A stretch of 30,617 nucleotides of DNA from a virus (taxonomy: Duplodnaviria; Caudoviricetes): positions 1 to 30,617 of IMG/VR virus record IMGVR_UViG_3300027785_000096; one strand, 5' to 3'. The notes below the pieces were generated by a model. The model worked only from the letters and a program-made list of their open reading frames with translations, did no database searches and was not told the DNA's origin. Below, one piece after another: positions 19,090-24,770 of this stretch. A program made the position numbers and the translations under genes. Numbering within the stretch: position 1 is the stretch's first letter; every line of letters starts with the position of its first letter.

Positions 19090-19604
19090 TGTTTTTTAAC
19101 TTCTTCTAGTGAAATTGGGGTAAAATTAATACGCTCCATACTTACGTTAAAATAACGCTTGTCTGGAATCTGTGATAGGGGCATTTTAACCACGTTATGG
19201 TGTAGGTGACCGTGTACATTTAAACCCCAACGAGCAAGTGACTCGCTATGAATTGGGATATGCGTCATAATCAAACCTTCAAACTGATGTGAGCCCCGAA
19301 TATCTTTAAAATACTCTAGGTAGGCTTTTGCATCACATTGATCGTGGTTGCCCTTAACAAGGATTTTCTCTCCGTTTAGACGTTCTAGAATTTTTAGTGC
19401 TGAGTTCTTACGACTCATTACTACGTCCCCTAGAAAATATACTTTATCATTAGGTCTTACTACGCTGTTGTGGCACTTAATAATATGCTCATTCATATGG
19501 TCTACATCTGTGAATTCGCGCAGAGATGTTCCATCGTCACGTTTAAACGTGAGAATGTTAGCGTGACCAAAGTGGTGGTCTGATGCGAAAAATATGTTTG
19601 CCAT
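19080..19604 (-). CDS. Calcineurin-like metallophosphoesterase
   Basis: SDHHFGH, LGD, GNHD, THIP, HGHLH motifs. Confidence 0.92.
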   Translation of the reverse strand: MANIFFASDHHFGHANILTFKRDDGTSLREFTDVDHMNEHIIKCHNSVVRPNDKVYFLGDVVMSRKNSALKILERLNGEKILVKGNHDQCDAKAYLEYFKDIRGSHQFEGLIMTHIPIHSESLARWGLNVHGHLHHNVVKMPLSQIPDKRYFNVSMERINFTPISLEEVKKQCR

Positions 19605-19630
19605 AAGTAGAAATCCCCGAATAAGTATAT

Positions 19631-19659
19631 ATTATACTAGATTCGGGGATTGATTTCAA
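19631..19659 (-). promoter_or_regulatory. sigma70-type promoter
   Basis: TTGAAA-17 nt-TATAAT. Confidence 0.8.
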
Positions 19660-19669
19660 GTTTAAATTC

Positions 19670-19744
19670 TGGTACGTCCTGACAGTTTCGAACTGCCGAC
19701 CCTCTCCGTGTAAAGGAGACGCTCTACCACTGAGCTAAGGACGC
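19670..19744 (-). tRNA. tRNA-Val(TAC)
   Basis: Cloverleaf; TCTCC TTTACAC GGAGA; encoded CCA. Confidence 0.95.
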
Positions 19745-19750
19745 ATCTTG

Positions 19751-19975
19751 TTATTTTGCTTTAGGTTGTACGACTTTTACTTCGTCAGTATCTACAAAAC
19801 GTTTTGGTTCTGTGTGAGCAGTAAAAACACTAGCCCAAGGTGTAAACCATCCTAGCGGCTTCCAGTATTTATGGATAATATTATTGATAATTACCATTCC
19901 CATAATTACTACAATGAAGCCTACCATTGTTAATAGACTTCCTGCTAGAAATACTGCTGCTTGATTAATACTCAT
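19751..19975 (-). CDS. Small membrane protein
   Basis: One long hydrophobic helix; AAGGA RBS. Confidence 0.7.
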   Translation of the reverse strand: MSINQAAVFLAGSLLTMVGFIVVIMGMVIINNIIHKYWKPLGWFTPWASVFTAHTEPKRFVDTDEVKVVQPKAK

Positions 19976-19985
19976 TTTGTTCCTT

Positions 19986-20059
19986 TGGAGCGGGGTGCGA
20001 GAATCGAACTCGCAACTCTAACTTGGAAGGATAGCGTTTTGCCACTAAACTAACCCCGC
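19986..20059 (-). tRNA. tRNA-Gly(TCC)
   Basis: Cloverleaf; loop CTTCCAA; U73 discriminator; CCA. Confidence 0.95.
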
Positions 20060-20066
20060 ATTGTGT

Positions 20067-20282
20067 TTATCTTTTTCTTTTTTCAGCACCAATTCGTGAT
20101 GCTTTATTCCAGTCATAGGGTATACCATCAGGGCAAACACCATCTTTAATGCTGTCTACACCAAATTTACCGCATACTTCAAAGTCTGGCCCCTCAATTA
20201 CAACGAAACGATCTAAGGTTTTTGCAAACGCCATAGCTTCGTCAAGAGAGTCAAATTCTAATTGGTTATTTACTTTATACAT
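20067..20282 (-). CDS. Hypothetical protein
   Basis: Start reassigned to MYKVNN because the longer track ORF overlaps a tRNA. Confidence 0.6.
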   Translation of the reverse strand: MYKVNNQLEFDSLDEAMAFAKTLDRFVVIEGPDFEVCGKFGVDSIKDGVCPDGIPYDWNKASRIGAEKRKR

Positions 20283-20286
20283 ATAT

Positions 20287-20360
20287 TGGAGCGGGATAGG
20301 AGAATCGAACTCCTGACTAAACCTTGGCAAGGTTTCGTTTGACCATTAAACTAATCCCGC
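20287..20360 (-). tRNA. tRNA-Gly(GCC)
   Basis: Cloverleaf; AAACC TTGCCAA GGTTT; CCA. Confidence 0.95.
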
Positions 20361-20645
20361 TTAAAATGGTACGTCTGGGAATACTTCTTGTTCGTTGTAG
20401 TCTGACTCTATATAAGGTGCTACTTCGTTTTCAAAAAATTCCTCGTCTGAAGCAAACGCTGCTAATTGATGTAGCTTAGCAATAACTGGTTTTGTAAAGT
20501 ACAATAAGTTATTACGATTCATCCAAATTAGGTACTCGTAGTCTTCATTTATAATATCACAGACTCTACAATCTTTAAATTTGCCTACTGGAATAAGGTC
20601 TGTTATTCCTAGTGCTGGCTTTTTGATTTTATTAAACTGTATCAT
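20361..20645 (-). CDS. Small protein with 'GK.K...V.D....Y..W' motif (exonuclease X C-terminal / DUF3820-like)
   Basis: IPVGKFKDCRVCDIINEDYEYLIW; acidic C-terminus ending in DVPF. Confidence 0.6.
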   Translation of the reverse strand: MIQFNKIKKPALGITDLIPVGKFKDCRVCDIINEDYEYLIWMNRNNLLYFTKPVIAKLHQLAAFASDEEFFENEVAPYIESDYNEQEVFPDVPF

Positions 20646-20653
20646 AATATTAG

Positions 20654-20745
20654 TGGCGGAAAGCAGAGGAGTCGAACCCCATCCCCGTTAGGAGAACCCA
20701 GTTTTCAAGGCTGGTCGCAGGACCAACCCCGCTGCATTACTTTCC
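20654..20745 (-). tRNA. tRNA-Ser(TGA)
   Basis: Long variable arm; loop CTTGAAA; G73; CCA. Confidence 0.9.
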
Positions 20746-20751
20746 ACGTTT

Positions 20752-21345
20752 TTATTCTTGTGCGACTTCGGCTTGTGCTTCTAATTGAGCGTGCTTTTCA
20801 GCTACAGCACTTAGTCGGCTTACAACTTCTTCTGAGTCCATCCAAATGTCTTTGTTGTGCATCATGGACTGAATTTCTTCTTCAGTTAAAAACTCTGCGT
20901 ATACTTCTCGCATAAAGTTTTCTGACCACTTACGCTCAAACTGAAGCTGGTCATACATTTCTCCGCCTTTGCCAAATACACCAGCAGAGTAGTTGTGAAA
21001 CATAAATAAACTGTGTGGAGTAACTTCTTGTTGGTGGCCGTGCAAGAAAATCATTGTTGCTGCACTCATACAAGCGCCTTCAACTGATGTTGTAACTGTG
21101 GCATTGGTTTCGCCCATAACTCGCAAGAATTGTAGGGTAGTGTACAAGTCACCGCCAGGAGAGTTAATGTAGATTTTAATAGTATCGTTAGCCTGTGCAT
21201 TACGAATAATATCAAACCATTCTACATATTCACTAGCGTCCGTAATTACACCACTTAGGTAGAATTCGTGCTGTTGCGCAATATTTTTAGTAAAACGATT
21301 GCTGCCATTAATGGCCAAGTCTAGGTCGAGTTTATTAGATGCCAT
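20752..21345 (-). CDS. clpP: ClpP-family protease
   Basis: YINSPGG, ACMSAA (catalytic Ser), FMFH (His), DIWM motifs; ATG at 21345 with AAGGA RBS. Confidence 0.9.
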   Translation of the reverse strand: MASNKLDLDLAINGSNRFTKNIAQQHEFYLSGVITDASEYVEWFDIIRNAQANDTIKIYINSPGGDLYTTLQFLRVMGETNATVTTSVEGACMSAATMIFLHGHQQEVTPHSLFMFHNYSAGVFGKGGEMYDQLQFERKWSENFMREVYAEFLTEEEIQSMMHNKDIWMDSEEVVSRLSAVAEKHAQLEAQAEVAQE

Positions 21346-21357
21346 AAGTTCCTTCAA

Positions 21358-21450
21358 TAAATTTTAGCACACTAACTACACGTTGTATGTTACTACAGGT
21401 TGCGGTCCTTTAGTAGTGTAGCAGGTAACTCTATAATGTGCTAAAATTTA
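21358..21450 (-). ncRNA. Long-stem structured element A
   Basis: 14-bp perfect inverted repeat TAAATTTTAGCACA/TGTGCTAAAATTTA enclosing nested stems. Confidence 0.55.
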
Positions 21451-21621
21451 GGGTCAGGTTTATTCTGTTACGAGGAAAACCTGACAAAACCCTAGAGCTT
21501 AATTAAGCTGCAATGCGGAAACTTTCGTCGTTTGCATTTATTTTGATTTGCTTGATTAACGGTCATCGCCTACCGTGTTGCCGTCTCTACTATCTAGCCC
21601 TGTCGAAACCATGGCAGGCCC
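21450..21621 (-). ncRNA. ssrA: Two-piece tmRNA, coding piece (tag ANDESFRIAA*)
   Basis: Starts GGGCCTG...TTCGAC; tag reading frame 21535-21503 GCA AAC GAC GAA AGT TTC CGC ATT GCA GCT TAA; 3' hairpin. Confidence 0.93.
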
Positions 21622-21700
21622 ATTATTAAGTACACTTCGCATTGCCAAATTATGCTACTTCATTAGGGCTAGAATCGAACTAGCATCTAAATATACTTAA
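21622..21700 (-). ncRNA. tmRNA intervening sequence containing a permuted T-arm/D-arm tRNA-like fold
   Basis: Closing stem TTAAGTATATTT/AAGTGTACTTAA; GCTAG TTCGATT CTAGC; TA GCAT AATTTGGCA ATGC. Confidence 0.7.
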
Positions 21701-21775
21701 TGGTGGACCTGGCGGGAGTCGAACCCGCGTCCAGAACTCCTTTGCTTTGAAGGAATTACAACAATTTAATTAAGC
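21701..21775 (-). ncRNA. ssrA: Two-piece tmRNA, acceptor piece (5' end approximate)
   Basis: GGAC GCGGG TTCGACT CCCGC CAGGTCC A CCA; pairs with GGGCCTG giving G3-U70. Confidence 0.93.
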
Positions 21776-21802
21776 GAACACAAGCTTATTGTGTATAAAA
21801 TT

Positions 21803-22249
21803 TTACTCTCTCGATATATATTGAGGAGCTCTAATCATAGGGGTTAACTTATAGTCTTCAATAACTGTTCTAGGATTTACACCTTTTGGTATCATTTCTT
21901 CTGAAATTATATCGTCAAACGCCTCTTCACCACGTAGTGCATGAATACAGCAGGCAACAGTGTTAGGTTCTGTTGCTGTAATTTTATGTACTTTTTCTTT
22001 TGCAATGTAAATAATAGCAGGTGCTGTAAATTGAGTTAACTCACCCTCAACATTTACCTCGACAGAGCCTTGCGCTACTAGCGTTGGGTGATCAAATAAG
22101 TGCTTATGTCCCATCATATAGTCACCAGTTCTTTTAAAGGTCATCATCTTAATCCAAACATTGCTAATAGTAGCAAATTTAATGTCTGGGTCTGTGTCTT
22201 TATAGTCTGATGGTTCAGGAATAAAATCGTCTAATCTTGTTATTTCCAT
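21803..22249 (-). CDS. Cupin-fold protein
   Basis: 'GHKH.FDHPTLVAQGSVEV' and 'I.KEKVHKITA' cupin motifs; ATG at 22249 with GGAG RBS. Confidence 0.75.
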   Translation of the reverse strand: MEITRLDDFIPEPSDYKDTDPDIKFATISNVWIKMMTFKRTGDYMMGHKHLFDHPTLVAQGSVEVNVEGELTQFTAPAIIYIAKEKVHKITATEPNTVACCIHALRGEEAFDDIISEEMIPKGVNPRTVIEDYKLTPMIRAPQYISRE

Positions 22250-22256
22250 AGTTTCT

Positions 22257-22364
22257 CCATATTTTAGCACACTATGCTTAGCATTATCAGTTCAAGGCTT
22301 GCAGGAACCGCCTTATATACTATCTAAGTCTCACAGAGTCCACGATGAGTATGCTAAAATATGG
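22257..22364 (-). ncRNA. Long-stem structured element C (related to element A)
   Basis: 13-bp perfect inverted repeat CCATATTTTAGCA/TGCTAAAATATGG beginning at the tRNA-Thr CCA; internal hairpins. Confidence 0.55.
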
Positions 22365-22435
22365 TGCCCTATGACAGAATCGAACTGCCGTAACCTGATT
22401 ACAAAACAGGTGTAATGCCATTATACTAATAGGGC
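22362..22435 (-). tRNA. tRNA-Thr(TGT)
   Basis: Cloverleaf; loop TTTGTAA; CCA. Confidence 0.93.
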
Positions 22436-22436
22436 T

Positions 22437-22512
22437 TGGAGTGCGTGACAGGGCTCGAACCTGCATAGTACGGATTTGCAATCCGTGCCCTCACCATTCG
22501 GGTCACACGCAC
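22437..22512 (-). tRNA. tRNA-Cys(GCA)
   Basis: ACGGA TTGCAAA TCCGT; U73; CCA. Confidence 0.93.
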
Positions 22513-22513
22513 A

Positions 22514-22723
22514 TTAAATTTGTTTGCTTTTAATGCAATTTTCAAACGTATTCCACAATTTCTCGAATTTAGCTTCATAAATAGTTTCTAGGCCAAGCAA
22601 GAAATTTTCTTGGAAGTCCTGTGTTACTACATTATTGCTAATAGTTTCTCGCAATAGTTTAACGTCTTTTGTAACATTCCAGCACTCCATGATTTCTTGT
22701 TCTAAATCAAATCGGTCTGTCAT
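22514..22723 (-). CDS. Hypothetical protein
   Basis: 'DRFDLEQ.IM.CWNV..D...L.GL..IY..KF..LW..FE' phage hypothetical pattern; start at MTDRF. Confidence 0.7.
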   Translation of the reverse strand: MTDRFDLEQEIMECWNVTKDVKLLRETISNNVVTQDFQENFLLGLETIYEAKFEKLWNTFENCIKSKQI

Positions 22724-22724
22724 A

Positions 22725-23195
22725 TTAGTTTGCCAATACAAATTTTAAACGATCAGCAGCATAACTAGCTGCAAATGCTTTTGGTTTTACTTGTGCATCA
22801 ATGTTGCAAGTACCTTTGATATATCCAACTGCTTGTTGTACCACTGCGCTAGACTTATAGCGTTCGTTAGGGTTAATATCTAAGTGAACCTCAACGTGCC
22901 GATCTTCTAGTACATCGGCTAATTCGTGGAATAGGTCTGATACTTTATATACTTCTTGCATTAAGCGCATTGATGGTTTATTTGCTTTTTGGTCCCAGTC
23001 GCGTTCGCGCTGTACGTCACCAAAAATTTTACATCCGTGTTTGCCATCAATATGTACTACAATAGCTAGGGTGTAGTCTGCGTACCACTTTCCATGCGCC
23101 TGTACTCGTTCGCTATCAGCACCTAAATAGATTTTAGTTTCTGGCGAGCTCTGACGAATATAGTCTTTTACTTCTTCAAGGTTAAATTTACGCAT
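22725..23195 (-). CDS. RNase H-like protein (YkuK/DUF458 type)
   Basis: IYLGADS, RLM.EV, EVHLDIN, KP.AFAASYAAD motifs. Confidence 0.85.
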   Translation of the reverse strand: MRKFNLEEVKDYIRQSSPETKIYLGADSERVQAHGKWYADYTLAIVVHIDGKHGCKIFGDVQRERDWDQKANKPSMRLMQEVYKVSDLFHELADVLEDRHVEVHLDINPNERYKSSAVVQQAVGYIKGTCNIDAQVKPKAFAASYAADRLKFVLAN

Positions 23196-23209
23196 GATTT
23201 TTAGTTTGT

Positions 23210-23286
23210 TGGTGGGTCTAGAAAGATTCGAACTCTCACTTCACGGCTTCGTAAGCCGGTGCATTATCCAGTTGTGCTATAGACCC
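23210..23286 (-). tRNA. tRNA-Arg(ACG)
   Basis: Loop TTACGAA; cloverleaf; CCA. Confidence 0.93.
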
Positions 23287-23290
23287 GACA

Positions 23291-23364
23291 TGGCAGGGGA
23301 TAGAAGAATCGAACTTCTGACAACGGAATCAAAATCCGTGGTTATACCATTTAACTAATCCCCA
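23291..23364 (-). tRNA. tRNA-Gln(TTG)
   Basis: ACGGA TTTTGAT TCCGT; G73; CCA. Confidence 0.93.
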
Positions 23365-23371
23365 ACAAAGT

Positions 23372-23446
23372 TGGCTCCACAGGCAGGGATCGAACCTACG
23401 ACCAATTGATTAACAGTCAACTGCACTACCGCTGTGCTACTGTGGA
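23372..23446 (-). tRNA. tRNA-Asn(GTT)
   Basis: GTTGA CTGTTAA TCAAT; G73; CCA. Confidence 0.95.
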
Positions 23447-23453
23447 ATATTTC

Positions 23454-23603
23454 TTACCAGTGGCGAATAACGCCAGCTATGATAAATCCGTTAGTTACTA
23501 CATAACTAAGGAGTATGATTGTTCTTATAATTGCGATTTTATCGGCTTCTCGTTTATCGTGATGCCCTTTTTCACCTAATGCTCTTGCCCAAAGTGTCCA
23601 CAT
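23454..23603 (-). CDS. Small membrane protein
   Basis: MWTLWARALGEK...ADKIAIIRT...GVIRHW, a recurrent small phage protein pattern; start reassigned downstream of the tRNA. Confidence 0.75.
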   Translation of the reverse strand: MWTLWARALGEKGHHDKREADKIAIIRTIILLSYVVTNGFIIAGVIRHW

Positions 23604-23619
23604 TATATTATTATCCTGT

Positions 23620-23695
23620 TGGCGGGTATAGGGGGTAACGATCCCCACTCTTCGGCAGTGACAGTGCCGTGTGCGTCCATGAACACTTTATACCC
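23620..23695 (-). tRNA. tRNA-Asp(GTC), atypical T loop
   Basis: GGGTATA/TATACCC acceptor stem; CGGCA CTGTCAC TGCCG; T loop ATCGTTA; G73; CCA. Confidence 0.85.
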
Positions 23696-23808
23696 AGTAT
23701 TTAAATCTAGCGCCTGGTCGCCATACCCAGGTAGCTTCAGTTGCGGAGAAAGGAGGAAGACGCAACCTACACACTATAGCCAATGAATTCGCTAGATTTA
23801 AATACTGG
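23694..23808 (-). ncRNA. Long-stem inter-tRNA RNA E with pyrimidine-rich loop
   Basis: 19-bp perfect inverted repeat CCAGTATTTAAATCTAGCG/CGCTAGATTTAAATACTGG and two internal hairpins. Confidence 0.65.
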
Positions 23809-23889
23809 TACGAGAGACGGGACTCGAACCCGTAAGCCTTTCGGCGGCAGATTTTAAGTCTGCTGTGTATACCATTCCACCACCCTCGC
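23806..23889 (-). tRNA. tRNA-Leu(TAA)
   Basis: GCAGA CTTAAAA TCTGC; variable arm GCC GAAA GGC; CCA. Confidence 0.95.
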
Positions 23890-23893
23890 ATAA

Positions 23894-24019
23894 CCATATA
23901 GAAACATTCTGTTAGTGCTTGAAATCTAAGGTAACCCTGCTTCATGGTAGCTCTTGCAGTGGTCGACATTTGCAAGGATACTAATATCCATTGTAGTTAC
24001 TCAGAATGTTTTTATATGG
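23894..24019 (-). ncRNA. Long-stem inter-tRNA RNA D
   Basis: 18-nt near-perfect inverted repeat CCATATAAAAACATTCTG/CAGAATGTTTCTATATGG with nested stems. Confidence 0.6.
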
Positions 24020-24109
24020 TGGATTAGGTTGGATTCGAACCAACAGTGTTTTCCCAGAGGGGACGGATTTACAGTCCGCCGATGCACACGCCATAGCATC
24101 AACTAATCC
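24017..24109 (-). tRNA. tRNA-Tyr(GTA)
   Basis: GCGGA CTGTAAA TCCGT; long variable region; extended D stem; CCA. Confidence 0.9.
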
Positions 24110-24125
24110 ATTTGTTTAAAGAATA

Positions 24126-24154
24126 ATTATATCGCAAAATAAATTATAAATCAA
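24126..24154 (-). promoter_or_regulatory. sigma70-type promoter for the Tyr-Leu-Asp tRNA run
   Basis: TTGATT-17 nt-TATAAT. Confidence 0.75.
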
Positions 24155-24164
24155 ATCTAAATTT

Positions 24165-24238
24165 TGGCATCCCGCTAGGGACTCGAACCCCAACCAACGG
24201 TTTTGGAGACCGTTATGCTGCCATTACACCAGCGAGAC
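24165..24238 (-). tRNA. tRNA-Trp(CCA)
   Basis: ACGGT CTCCAAA ACCGT; G73; CCA. Confidence 0.95.
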
Positions 24239-24241
24239 ATT

Positions 24242-24460
24242 TTATTGTTTTACTTCTTGAGTTTCAGCATTATTGCGAGTAATTTTATCTTCATACTCTG
24301 TTAATGTGTCTTCAGTTGTAAGTAAGTCGTAGTATTCGTTTTTACTAACACCCGTATTATCAGGATTTTTAGCAAATATGTTAGCCCAATTGTTTGCAAC
24401 TACATCATCGGGTACAGCTTGTGGTCTGCGACCACTGCCTTTTCCACCATCACTGGACAT
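24242..24460 (-). CDS. Hypothetical protein
   Basis: 'DGGKGS..RP.......NW..IF' small phage protein pattern. Confidence 0.65.
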   Translation of the reverse strand: MSSDGGKGSGRRPQAVPDDVVANNWANIFAKNPDNTGVSKNEYYDLLTTEDTLTEYEDKITRNNAETQEVKQ

Positions 24461-24518
24461 TATCGCGAATCCATTTCCAATATTCTTCTACACTCATTTT
24501 GAGCCCCTTAAGTTATAA

Positions 24519-24614
24519 CCTTAGAATAAGTATTAATAGTCGGTTAGGCTCCCACCTAACCAAGTACCGCGTGTAGCGGTGAGTGGAGGAAGTAACTATT
24601 AAAAGCGCTAAAGG
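24519..24614 (-). ncRNA. Y-RNA-like element Y1
   Basis: CCTT TAGCG.. TTAATAG TTACTTC [two hairpins] CTATTAA ..ATTCT AAGG. Confidence 0.65.
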
Positions 24615-24709
24615 CTTAGATTTGTATAGGAACAAATCGAAACAGTACGTTGTTTTCACCAAAAGAAGAAGTAACTGTTTCTATCACCATATACAAATCT
24701 AAGCCTTTA
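24609..24709 (-). ncRNA. Y-RNA-like element Y2
   Basis: 20-bp perfect outer stem; TGGTGATA GAAACAG TTACTTC [short loop] CTGTTTC GATTTGTTCC. Confidence 0.7.
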
Positions 24710-24770
24710 CTTAGAGCACCACTCTCTCGCTTTGATCGGCTGACTACGATCCCTGGCGTGGATTAGTTCT

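Noticed and set aside
23688-23975. 95-aa minus-strand ORF
   Set aside because: It spans tRNA-Leu and two structured RNAs; not a credible CDS.
23806-24238. Suppressor tRNAs or stop-codon recoding
   Set aside because: Anticodons TAA (Leu), TGA (Ser) and CCA (Trp) read sense codons, and core genes translate intact with the standard code.
24450-24497. Micro-ORF MSVEEYWKWIRDNVQ
   Set aside because: Only 15 codons with a weak RBS; cannot be supported from sequence alone.
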